DNA from: Octopus vulgaris | Taxonomy: Eukaryota | Reading direction: 5' to 3' | DNA length: 64,000 nt | NCBI GenBank assembly: GCA_951406725.2 | Contig: OX597827.1 | Coordinates: 56,296,001-56,360,000, forward strand | Shown: piece after piece, positions 37,087-49,580 of the stretch | Position numbering within the stretch: position 1 is the stretch's first letter | Layout: every line of letters begins with the position of its first letter | Made by a program: the position numbers and the translations under genes | Notes under the pieces: generated by a model | What the model was told of the DNA's origin: nothing | What the model saw: only the letters and a program-made list of their open reading frames with translations | Database searches by the model: none

Positions 37087-40000
37087 CAAGCCAAATGGAA
37101 GTCCTGCTTCACTCCTCATACAAATATATGCACATGTTCATCAAAATAGATTCTATTGATAGAATCTCAAGAACTATATGCATTTGTTTAGACAATTCTT
37201 CTGTTCTCTCTTTCAGGAGGAATGTATACACACCATGTGTGGAAGAGTTTCTTCCATACATTTCTATACACAGAATTATATATATAGATATACATATATG
37301 CAACAGGATTCTTTCAGTTTCTGTCTACCAAACCCACGCCCAAGGCTATAGTAGAAGACACTTGCCCAAGGTGCCATGCATTGGGACTGAACCTGAAATC
37401 ATCATCATCATCATCTAACGTCTGCTTTCCATGCTAGCATGGGTTGGACGATTTGACTGAGGGCTGGCAAACCAGATGACTGCAGGCTCCAATCTTGATC
37501 TGGCAGAGTTTCTACAGCCGGATGCCCTTCCTAATGGGATGCTCTGCGCCAAACACATCCTTTCATAAAATTTTTTAAAACTCTCAAAACATGCTATATC
37601 AACTTTCATCATGATTATTACTTTTGGTGGTGTTGAATATGATAAAATGGTAAAAGGATGCTGCATATGGTTGTCACCTAAAGGCAATAGAGACTTGAGA
37701 GTTTAATACCAAAATATGTGAGTTATTTATATGTGTTAGTTTAAAGAACACTATCTTCTAATTACTCAATACAGAGCTCAAATAAAGGGATCCGCTATGT
37801 GATTGTTCAACCTGCTAAAAATAATCAAATTTCCCTCAAATCACACTTTACAGTCTTTTAAGAGAGCTATCGCTGGAATACCTTTGATCATAAATATGCT
37901 CAATCAGATGTGATCTGAGAGTCACACAAAAGTAGATTTCGTGCTTTAGGTAATCCACCACCACTGGCCTTTCACATTCATATTATTCTCTCAAAATTAA
38001 TTCTTATGTATTCACAATAATTTTGAATTAATCATGCATTATCTCAGCTCCAAGATTTCAACGATGTGATTGCTTAGTTTGTAGGGGTACGAGAGGTCAA
38101 ATCTGGCCAGTTCAAACAAAAAACAGGTTGAATATTTTAGCTGGATATGGCAAGTTTAAATGCTAAAGAGTTAAACTACACATGTATACAAAATACCTCA
38201 CAGTCAGTGAGGATAAATAACTTTCTTTAATTACTGTAGGCTGTATATTTACCTGTACAAGTGCATAACCAAAACTCTGTGGAGTTGTGACCTGCAGAAT
38301 TTGGTTATCTATTTGAAGTGGAGGAACATTCTTTGAAATACACCATATAGCTTGGGGCTTATATATGTATACTGGCTTATTATAACAATGTGTGTGTAAA
38401 CAAAAGTAAATATATCTGTCAGGTAGAAAGTATGTAAAATTACAGAAGAGTGAGCATGTACATTGCATAACAGTTTATGTATGTGTACACATACACACAC
38501 ATGTAGCTAGAAGGCTATTAATATTTCAAGTCTCCCAAATTTGAAGCCACACACCATTGTCTGTTAAATGTAATTTACATTAAATAAACAAGCACAAACG
38601 AAAAAGTAAGGGAAGATAGCAAAGAAACTACACAATTACACTCATATTTTCAGACAAGTGCAAAAAAAAAAAGCAGACTACAGATGTTATTTTCATTTAT
38701 CCAAAACCATATTATTTCACTCTAGTTTCCATATATAGCCGAGATAAATGGAATTTGGTTGAGAAGAAAAAATGTGCAAATAATATGCAACTATGATTAT
38801 GAAGACAAGTGTACTATGAACACAGGAAGGAGAAAAAAACCAAAAAGTACAAAGTGACTGACTGTGCTAAGGGTGTGTATAAAATATTAACATTATTGAG
38901 GAAATAAAGTGGATGATGGCAAACATTTTCTATGTGAAAAGACTGACAGAATAGGATATTGGATTTCTCTTAGGTCACAAGTTCAAATCCCTCAGACATT
39001 TTGTTTGTCTCTGGGTAAAAATGGCCTCATTTCACCCTAATACCAGAATTTCTGGGAAATGGTACCTGCAATAAGTGTCTGACTTTTCAGAAATGGAGAG
39101 ATTGTTTTTTTTAATCTCTACTAAATATTACAGAACCTGAGAGTTAGATTTTAAAAACTATCTCTGCAAAGTCTTAAGGTAAATGAAGGTGGAGTGGGGA
39201 AGGGCTAAATTAAAAAAACAAAACAAAAGATCTCACATCGTCTAATTCAAATACATATTTTTTTCAACTCACTCTAAGGACTTCCAGGTAATAAATACTG
39301 ATTTAAAAAAAATTTTTTTTTAATTTCTAAGGACAGGAACATAAGTGTTTGAATCACTGCTAACACTTATGCTAATGATGTCATACGGCTGACAGAAAAT
39401 GGAAACATCAAATTTGGTGTCATAAAATGTCTAATTCCATTTTTGCATTCACTAATCCTGTTGATAGCAGTTTCCTTCAAATTTCAATTTATAGGTACAA
39501 GCATGGTTGACTGAGTGGTAAGAAGTTTATTTCCAAACCACAAGGCTTCAGGTTCAGTCCCACTGTATGGTACCTTGGGCAAGTTTTTTCTGGTATAACC
39601 CTGGGCTGACAAAAGCCATATGGGTGGATTTGGTAGATGGACACCGAAAGAAGTTCATTGTATGTGTGTACTAGTGTTTCCCTGCTTTGACTTCATGTGA
39701 CAGTCGTAAATGAATGTCACTGTTATGCAAGCGGTGTCCTTTGTTTCCAATCTCCCATGAAAATATGTCTGGTCATGAGAAAATATTAACTTACATGGAA
39801 CAGGTGAGGGTTGGCAACCAGAAGGGTGCCTGGCTGTAGAAAATCCACTTCATCAAATTCTGTCTGGCCCATGCAAACATGGAGAAATGGACGTTAAAAT
39901 GATAATCTTCCTCATTTGAAACATACAAATAGGACTGTTTTATTTTTAATGACCATACACATGGTAAGAAGCTTGCTTCCCCAACCATATAGTTCCAGGT

Positions 40001-40360
40001 TCAGTCCCACTGTGAGGCACCCTGGACACATGTCTTCTATAGCCTTGGGCTGACCAAAACCTTGTGAGTGGATTTGGTGGGTGAAAATTAAAAGAAACCC
40101 GTTTTTTATGTGTGTGTGTCTTTGTGTTTGTCCCTCCTACCATAAATGCTTGACAACCAGTGTTGGTGTGTTTATGTCCTCTAACTTAGCAGGTCAGCAA
40201 TAGGGCCAATAGAATAAGTACTAGATTTTAAAAAAAATAAATAAACAGTCATGACCACGGTCAAATGACTGAAACAAGTAAAAGATAAAAGATCCAATAA
40301 TGATCTAAATAATTGGTAAATTTATTAAGCACATAATCAAATATTTCATTTTCAAATTAC

Positions 40361-40715
40361 GGAGATGTACTTGCATAGCAAGTGACCTGATCTGAGATCG
40401 TGTGCTGAAACAAAAATCATTGCAGCGTGGAAGGTGTTTATAAGCCATTTAAAAACACACAAAAACCATTAGCTTCACTTCAACATTTAAATTTAATTTG
40501 TCAAAATATTTTCATCGCTTTGAGACCGTGACCTGTTCACTGACAAAATTCCGTGCTGCATATGCATGGAATTTTGTCAGTGAACAGGTCGCAGTCTAAA
40601 AGCGACAAAAATATTTTGACAAATTAAATTTAAATGTTGAAGTGAAGCTAATGGTTTTTGTGTGTTTTTAAATGGCTTATAAACACCTTCCACACTGCAA
40701 TGGTTTTCATTTTCA
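40361..40715. mobile_element. Long palindromic (foldback/MITE-like) element
   Basis: About 145-bp near-perfect inverted arms (40413 to ~40555 and ~40563 to 40707) with almost no spacer. Confidence 0.75.
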
Positions 40716-42692
40716 AGTTTTTTAAAGAAAAACAAAATGATTTTTTTTTCCACGCAATATTACTTATATTTAGTTCAATTTGCAAGCTTTAGTTACAGTG
40801 GGACAAACAAGCTACTAGCTGATAAATTGGTAACTCAAAATCCTGTTACAGGGACTGCAGAAAGTCCATGCTCAGGACATTTAATGCTTATAAATCCAAT
40901 CAATCTGTGTGAAGTAGTGCAATACACAAACATGTGGCGGAAATGGGATTCCTCTGAAAGGTTTTCTGAGAAGCATTTCTTGACAGGGTGCATAGCTCAG
41001 AGATCAGGGAATCTCTCCATGCTGAGCTGCTTCTTTTTCTCAGATTGAGAGGTTATGGTCTGCTACTACAGATGTGATTAGAATGTCACCGGAGATTTAG
41101 GGGTAGAATGTTTGGACGAGGTTTCAATAATTTGTGTGTGTGTGTGTGCACGAGTAAGTTCAAATATATTATTCAATAGAAATTTATACTGAGTCAAGAG
41201 GTCACCAACCGATCAGGGTACACCAAAACTTATGTTGTTAAGTAGGCGGGGACAACAAGACGTTTCACATTGTAAGTAGGGTTGATAAATGTAAAAGGGG
41301 TAATTTGTGCAGGCAGTTCTCCCGATATGTTTTTCAAGGTGGTGCCTCAGCATGGCCACAATAACTGAAACAAGATAAAAAGATAGTCTCAGTTGGTCAT
41401 TCTTGGGGATCCAGGCAGAAAGGGTAATGACAGCTGCTTCTGTTAGGCTTCCTTTGGAGGAGGTGCTTGAGGACTCTAGACCCATAACCCTCCCAAGAAT
41501 AGTAGCTGAAGAAGATGGTTGTAGAACAACTTGTGGGTTGCTCCAAAAGCATTTTACTGACTACTTCAGTGTTGCCAAAGGGATTACTTAAACTTCAACA
41601 ACCACACAATCGGGAATCTGGTAGAATACCCATTTCCATTTGGCGACAAATGGAGAAACTTAGTCATTATGAAAATATCTCCTAACTTACTAGATTCAGC
41701 CACTGGACTGCAGCCTTGAAGGGTTTTAGTCAAACAAATCAACTCCAATACTTATTGTAAAGCCTGGCACTTATTCCAGCAGTCTCTTATGCAGAACTGC
41801 TAAGTTATGGGGACATAAACAAACCAACACTGATTTTTGAGTGGGGATTGAGAGGGACAAAGACACATACTATATACACAACAGGCTTCAACACAGTTTC
41901 CATCTAGTATATTCGCTCACAAGACATTGGTTGAACTGGTGATATAGAAGAAGACAGTCACCCACAATGCCACGCAGTGGGACTGAACTGAAATCACATA
42001 GTTACAAAGCAAGATTCAGAAATATTTTTCATGAGGGCAACAAAAACAAGCATGGCCTTGAAATATGACAACTTTAAAATCCATGAAACATTATAGTGCA
42101 CTAAAATCTATCTATGAAAGCCATCAGAGCTTAATGTTTCATGTAACAATGACTGTCAACAATGACTTATAACAATTCACGCTGGAGGTCAATAACAGAG
42201 TTTAGAGTTATGCTAGAAATAGCAGCAAAATCACCTTCAACTCATATTCTACTGTTTTAACCTCTTTTTATTCTTATCATATTTCTGTTCAAATGCACTG
42301 TCTTTGTTTCGATAAATTTTGACTGTGCCGGTGGCACGTAAAAAGCACCCACTACACTCTCGGAGTGGTTGGCGTTAGGAAGGGCATCCAGCTGTAGAAA
42401 CACTGCCAGATCAGACTGGGCCTCGTGCAGCCTTCTGGCTTCCCAGACCCCAGTTGAACCGTCCAACCCATGCTAGCATGGAAAGCGGACGTTAAAAGAT
42501 GATGATGATGATGATGAAAGAAATTAGTAAAATAATTCATTATTAAGCTGATGATTGGAACACAAAGTAACAAGAAATTTTTATGAAAGGTTTTAATTTT
42601 GATGAATTTAAAACAGGAAGTTTGTATCATAGAAGCAGGGGCAACTTGAGGCAGGTTGGTGTGAAAAGATTAAAAAAAAACAAAGATATTGT

Positions 42693-43075
42693 ACAGGAGT
42701 GGCTGTGTGGTAAGTAGCTTGCTAACCAGCCACATGTTTCCGGGTTCAGTCCCACTGCGTGGCATCTCGGGCAAGTGTCTTCTGCTATAGCCCCGGGCCG
42801 ACCAATACCTTGTGAGTGGATTTGGTAGACGGAAACTGAAAGAAGCCTGTCGTATATATGTGTATATATATATATGTATGTATGTGTTTGTCCCCCTAGC
42901 ATTGCTTGACAACCGATGCTGGTGTGTTTACGTCCCCGTCACTTAGCGGTTTGGCAAAAGAGACCGATAGAATAAGTACTGGGCTTACAAAGAATAAGTC
43001 CCGGGGTTGATATGCTCGACTAAAGGCGGTGCTCCAGCATGGCTGCAGTCAAATGACTGAAACAAGTATAAGAGT
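42693..43075 (+). mobile_element. tRNA-derived SINE family B (near full length)
   Basis: Head ggagtggctgtgtggtaagtagcttgc, gggttcagtccc B-box-like, CORE-like gggcaagtgtctt, tail aatgactgaaacaagta. Other copies at about 1098-1320, 5815-6185(-), 22738-23090, 27040-27360, 39503-39660, 39960-40290, 41695-42010(-), 50683-51040(-), 51825-52160, 59610-59760, 60490-60620, 60880-61060(-) and 63212-63560. Confidence 0.8.
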
Positions 43076-44979
43076 ATAAGAGTAAGAGTATGTAGTTATA
43101 GATATACATAAAATGATCATCAATTAGGGTTGGCCTGGTGCTTAACAACAATTCTAACAATGTAAGAAATAAAAAAAGAAACAGAAGCTAAGAAAATTTC
43201 CAGAGAATCAATTGAATTGTTTTGTTGTTACTTATTAGAAACCAAAGCTTATTTTCATAAAGGATAAATATAAACAAAAATGAAAAGCACAGCTACTGTT
43301 TATTTCCTGAAAAAATAAATAAAAATGAAAAAAAGTTAAGTGATATTGGGTTATCTGTTACTTCAAGAGCCACCTTAAAAATATTGTCATTGATAACAAT
43401 AAGTGACAAACTTGAAATGTTGCCTTACAATAATTTCAAAAGCTAAACTAGTCTTGTAAATGTAAGAGAAACATGGGGCGGGGGGGGAGAAAGGGGAGAA
43501 AGAAGACAATAAAATGATAATGTAAGTTTTCAGAGAAGAGCAAAAGATTGCAAGAGAGAATTTGTACACCACAGGCTGAGTAAACTTTCTTTTCAATTGT
43601 TTCTAATGTGAAACTAGGTTAATCATACATCTGACCTAAGTAAGCTAAAATAAAAGAAATGGATGATCAGTTTTAGATGAAAACAGTAGAATAAAAAGCA
43701 CAGAGAATGGCTAGAGGTAAAGAGAGAAAAAAGGGTTACCAGCATTGAATAATTATCATTGACATTAGGAAATATGTACTTATCGCTTTTAGACATATTA
43801 GATGGAACCAGAGAAAGATTAAATGCTTAAGTAACAAACAAAAAAAGAAAAATATACAATACAATTCTTTCTAAAACTCTCACCTATTCTCAACACTAAG
43901 CAAAATATATAAAGACTATTGAAAAGGTTGCAAGACACAATGAAAATTTTAGGAAAATAAAAATAAGAAATAAGTGGAAATTTTACCAGTGAGTGTGTTA
44001 AATCATAAGGCACAAAAAGAAAATGACTCTCCCCAAACACAACAGAATATGCTTCAACACACGAACTCACATAAAGAATTTTGCAAACCAAATCCAAAAA
44101 CGAAATAAGCAAAATATAGTTTAAATACTTAATTGTTGTGGCTGTGTAGTAAGAAGATTGCTTTCCAACTACAAAGTTCCAGATTCTGACCCACTGCATG
44201 GGATCTTGGGTAAGTGTACAAGTGAATTTGGTAGACAGAAACTGAAAGAAGCCGGTGAGCTGGCAGAAACATTGGCACACAGGGCAAAATGCTTAGCGGT
44301 ATTTCGTCTGAGTTCAAATTCCGCCAAGGTCAACTTTGCCCTTCATCCTTTTGGGGTCAATAAATTAAGTACCAATTACACACTGGAGTTGATGTAATCA
44401 ACTTAACCCTTTATCTGTTCTTGTTTGTCCCCTCTATGTTTAGCCCCTTGTGGGCAATAAAGAAATAAGAAACTGAAAGAAGCCTGTCATATATAAGTGA
44501 ACTTTAGGGGAGTGTGACATATTTCAACTTCTAAAAGGCAAATTCATTGCATTTACTGTGGTGAAAAAATTCTCTTATGGTAAAAGGCGTCAAAATACTA
44601 TATCTACCCCTATCAGATACCCAGACACGTTTCTAAATCTTTAGACATTATTAATAAGTGTGTGCATGTTTGTATGTGTGTGCATATGTTACTGTCTCCT
44701 TGCTTTGATATTGCATAATAGTAGTTAGTGTCACTATCACACAAGCAGTGTCCTTTGTTTCCAATCTTCTGAGACATGGCTGATCATGGGAAAATATTAC
44801 TTTACTTGGAAACAAGTGAAGGTTGGTGACAAGAAGAGCATCTAGCCATAGAAAATTCATCTTAACAAATTCTTGGCAACCCATGCAGTATGGAAAAATG
44901 GACATTAAAACAAATGAAGATTTCATCTTTGATCTGCATTTATATTTGTAATAAATCAAATCTATCATTTTGAAAGCAC

Positions 44980-45475
44980 TACAGTGTGCAACACAATTTT
45001 TGTCCTTGGGTAGCAACTGTTATTTCCTATTTGTTTACCCATAGAAAGTATGGAAAATGGCTAATATTTCCTTCAAACTTTGCTTTTGCAACAATATCTA
45101 TTATTCAAACTCTAAAGAAACCCTCCCAACACATAGCCATGACGCTCACCATTCCTGCTTATCATCAGAGATGCACATATTGTCAGCCATTAAGGGACAT
45201 GCTCAAGTGGTTACGGTCATACAACCAACAAGCAAACCTGTGCTATTGAGCAGAATATTTGCTACACTAATATTTTTTTATTCAGCATCTCAGCACTAAA
45301 TCTGTCTGAAATGTAATGGAAAATAGATCAGTTTCAAAACAATGATGTCCAGGTCACAAAAGCAAAATTTGAAGGGAATAGCAATGATTTCCTTTAATTT
45401 CTAAATAGAAACTATAGGAAATAATACTTACTGACCAAAGACAAAAAAAAAAATAATTTTTTTTACACAGTGTTA
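44980..45475. mobile_element. ~500-bp non-autonomous TIR element
   Basis: Long imperfect TIRs (acagtgtgcaa...ttttgtccttgggtagcaactgttatttcctat / ataggaaataatacttactgaccaaagacaaaa...ttacacagtgt). Second copy at about 23218-23695; fragment at about 46440-46585 (-). Confidence 0.65.
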
Positions 45476-46589
45476 CTTACTAGCAAATAACTTATATGAC
45501 TAATTTACAGAGCCAGACTTAGATAGAAAATGAATTCTTGTTATTCTCAAAAAGATCCAAGAGACAAGTTTAAATTTGTTTCATAGCTACAGCTATCACG
45601 AAGTGTATCATCTCTTTTGCTAAACCCTTTCAATACCAGCCCTGTTGAAACTGCCTCTGGCTCTGTAGTACAAATGTCTTGTTTTCAAAAGTTCTGAATT
45701 AAAATCTATCAAACCTTAGTCACAATTTATGTTCCTAACACTAGCTTAATGATAACTAAGTTATCTAAAGATAACTAAATTCTTTATTATATCTAAAATT
45801 AATTGAAAGAAACATAGAGCATCTCAACAGAAATATGGTAACAAAAAGGTTAAGAAATTAACAAATTTTTGCGTTTTAATATTGAGTCATTTCACTAAAG
45901 AGGGTTCATTCTCATAAAATCCAATTTACCTCATACCAAGTCTTCTGACCTAACCCCTATTATCATCCCATACACAACAATTTTAGTCGACACGTCACTC
46001 TTAGCATTAGAATGGGTTATCAGTACAGTCACCTCTTCCATGTATCAACTAAGGTTTCTGATACCCTACTATAATAAAGAAAGCAGAAGCCAAAGAGTGC
46101 TATCTCAGAAAATTAAAAAATTACCTTATAAAGAGTAATGAAAGAGAAAGCCCATTAACTCAGTATGAGGGAAAATAAAATAGCCATTCAGCAATTAAAC
46201 ATTTGTTCAAATGGAAATAAATTAGAATCCAATTTGTTGTTGTTGATGTTCAGTAACATGGTCTGACATTATAGGTTTAAACAACAGCCAATGTGCAGGA
46301 GAGCAACAGCTGCCACATTGAAAGATCATCTTAAATTCCTATATTGTTACCTGCAACAAAATCTATAGATGGACTAGAAATAGAAGCCAAATCTTTTTCA
46401 GCTCTTACATTAAGAACATATTACATAACACTATAACAAAATTTATATTTTTGTCTTTAGTCAGTAAGTGTTATTTCTTAGGTGCTTCTATCTAGAAATC
46501 AAAGGAAATCATTGCTATTCCCTTCAAATCTTGCTTTTGTGACCTAGACATAAATGCTTTGAAACTGACCTAATTTCCAGTTCATCCAG

Positions 46590-47950
46590 CCTGCCACCGC
46601 ACTGTACCTTTTGTGTAAGCATCTGCAATGAGAGTTCATTCCTGCAGTGAGGAAAACCGTTTACTGATGGCAACTTCATCAAAGAGTGTGTGGTGGAAGC
46701 TGCAAATGACTTGTGTCCTGAGAAAGCTGATTTGTTTGGAAGTATCAGACTTTCAGCAAGCTCAGTTGTGTGGAGAACAGAAGAACTTAGAACATAGTGC
46801 TACAGATACGCAATAAAGCTAGGAACTTCTTGTGGTATTCTCTGGCACTGGACCAGTTCACTGATCTCCCGAATACATCACAACTTCTCATATTCATTCG
46901 TGGTGCTAATTTGGACTTTCAGATCACAGAAGAGTTGGTATCTGTTTGCAGCATGCATGGAACAGCTTTGATGTGTTACAGTTAATGGAAGAAAAAACAT
47001 GGCTGGAGGGAAGAAGGGTCTGGTGGAGTAGATTAGGACTAAGTAGGAAGATCTTCGATTCTTAGGCATTCTGTTTATACACGGCATTATACATCAGCAA
47101 GCACTGTGGGAAAGACAAATATTTCTTGCATGCCGAAACCAGTTTCTGCGGTGAACTTCATTCGGAGTCCAGCACGTAACGCCAGTTCCAGGATTTTCTT
47201 GAAGAAATTGATTCTGAATTCTGTGACTTGTCTTATCATAAAGCATTGAGGTGGCTCAAGCTCCAAAGGGAAATGGATATTTTACTCACCAAAAAGGATA
47301 AAGTTGATCCATTTCAGTCAGATCCTACCTGGCTGTTAAAGTTGTCATCACATCCCACATGAATGAATTGAACTAGAAACTTCATGGAAAGGATAACCTT
47401 ATCTGTGATCTTTACAGAATCATCAAAGGATTTCAAAGAAAGCTAACATTGAAGCACAACTGGAAGGAGGAAACTTCTCTCATTTTCAGTGCTTCAAAGA
47501 ATTTTGTGCTGGAATCATAGTTTCTGAAGAAGATTATTCTTGACTTAAATGAGCCTTTTTTTTTTTTTTTTGAGAGAGATTTTCAGAATTGAGAGTGAAA
47601 TTCTGTTCCAGAATCCATTTGATTGTAACCTTGATGACATACCAGTTGAACATTTGAAAGTAATTCTCTTGGTTGGATGCAGCAATTCCAATTGATGATA
47701 TCTTAAAAGCTAAACAAATCTCACTAACCTTTTTTGCAGTTTAGTTTGTGAGATTCAGATTTGTGCGCACTGTGTGTAATATAACTATCTTATTGCCAAA
47801 ATAACCTTCTTTGATAACTTTTTGGTAAATAATTATGTTGGTTGTCTTTATTTTTTTTGTTATTCACCATATCGTATTGAACAAAATGGTTATGCAGCCC
47901 ACACTTATTTTTTCAGCTATCCGGCCCACTGTGAAAAATGGTGACCCCTG
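46590..47950 (+). mobile_element. Decayed hAT (Charlie/SPIN, GTF2IRD2-like) transposase
   Basis: FTDGNFIKECVVEAANDLCPEK...YSLALDQFTDLPNTSQLLIFIRG...ITEELVSVCSMHGT...IIHQQAL. The right end ...ggtgacccctg is followed by atctagac, a Charlie-like TIR/target. Confidence 0.78.
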
Positions 47951-48577
47951 ATCTAGACTATAGAACTACCTTTCAATTGATAGATTTTTCTTCTCAATTG
48001 ATTCATGTGTGTGAAAGAGAGAGGAAGGAGGGATGAAGAGAATTTAGGACTTCAAACATTGTAAGACTGAAAATAGCCAAACAATATACCTCCAGTCAAC
48101 AAATCTTATCCATACTAAGTCATCTATTTAAACAACCCCAGCTTCACTGTCAGTGTTCTTGTAACACACACCACCCCATAGACCACCTACAAATTACCAT
48201 TATCAATATCATATCTCAAATCATAAACATTCTTCACCTGGTGCTCTATCTAGACCATCTATTTTTAATACTCTCTCTCTCTACTTAGAATAGTGTAAAT
48301 CTGGGTTTTATTTCACTTGGTACATTTCTAACTGGCTTGAAAGTGTTTCTAGAACTGGTAGTATATATATATATATATCATCATCATCATTTAGCGTCCG
48401 TTTTCCATGCTAGCATGAGTTGGACGGTTCAACTGGGGTCTGTGAATCCGGAAGGCTTCATCAGGCCCAGTCAGATCTGGCAGTGTTTCTACGGCTGGAT
48501 GCCCTTCATAACGCCAACCACTCCGTGAGTGTAGTGGGTGCTTTTTACGTGCCACCTGCACAGGTGCCAGACAGAGC

Positions 48578-48609
<32 letters not shown>

Positions 48610-48842
48610 ACCAGATCATTTCATAGAAGAATTGGTTGATGTATGCAAAGGTGAGAGGAATGAAGAGATGATAAAAAAAATGGATTGAGGAAGAAGGTGT
48701 AGGATGTCTGGTATAGACAAAGAAAAGATAGACTCTAAAAAAAGAAACCCACATTATAAGAAATAGCTTCGCTTTTTAAAATATTAAGTGGCAAAATGAG
48801 AAAGGTGGCACTGTAAAAGTGTTATTTAAATCCTACTACCTT

Positions 48843-49275
48843 AGTACATCAATCAGATATGTAAATCCTATATCTATTGAGTTTGTAGAGCTACCTTCCA
48901 CTTGAAGGCTTCATTTCCATGTTGTATATCTAAGATAAGTCATCCTGTAAGATTTGTCCTTTTTTGGATAATATTCATTGGAGAGTCTGAAGTCAGAACT
49001 TTAAATTGTAATATTTGTCAATTAGAAAATGCCTTCACCACTCACATCTCTAGGATGCATATCTATGACACAACTGGATGGATCTCAGTATATTCAAAAA
49101 TCTTGAGAAGCACTGATAAGATACAAATTATTGAGCCTTCTGCCAACATAACCATTGATACAACTGTTAAAAACTATAGTAAAATTCCAGTTAATCTCAG
49201 TTCATCACACAAACATTATCATGGTGGAATTTCCTTACTATAAATGATAATGACTTATTTTCAAGTCTATTAGTG
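48843..49275 (-). pseudogene. Degenerate intronless Ser/Thr protein kinase relic (CAMK group, TSSK-like)
   Basis: Hand translation across frameshifts gives collinear kinase motifs: IVRKFHHDNVCVM; IVFNSCINGYV; FLNILRSIQLCHRY; (H)RDVSGEGI; LIDKYYNLK; SDFRLS (for DFGLS); SIDI. Multiple stops and frameshifts. Confidence 0.55.
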
Positions 49276-49319
49276 TAACAGCCAATCATTGAAGACCAAG
49301 TCCGGCAGCACAGACTACA

Positions 49320-49580
49320 GTGGTTTGGCTACATCTGCAGGATGAGTGCTGGAAGACTACTACACCAACTTTTGTGACAGTAGCAATCCATGCACTGGAA
49401 AATACAGTGCAGTGCACCAAAGTAGACATGGGCGAAACAAATTGAGGAAGACATGAAGTCACGGTGCCTCGACATCGAGCATGCTAAGGCCAACACCATG
49501 GATTGAAAAGTGTGGAATAACATCATCACCAGAGTCTGTCATCCAGCAGCACCAACAGTATATTGGTTGACAGGACAGCC
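49320..49580 (+). mobile_element. RTE-like LINE 3' fragment
   Basis: APK-TWAKQIEEDMKSRCLDIEHAKANTMD-KVWNNII resembles an RTE RT C-terminus. Confidence 0.5.

Noticed and set aside
43300-43325. Acceptor-like site resembling that of exon 31666
   Set aside because: Immediate in-frame stop (G AAA TAA) and no clear donor; likely chance in AT-rich sequence.
43819-44280. Longest ORF in the track (153 aa)
   Set aside because: Starts in SINE sequence; the F/L/I/Y-rich composition reflects the antisense of an A-rich tract; no domain or splice support.
48902-49243. 113-aa plus-strand ORF
   Set aside because: No recognisable motif; it is antisense to the kinase relic.
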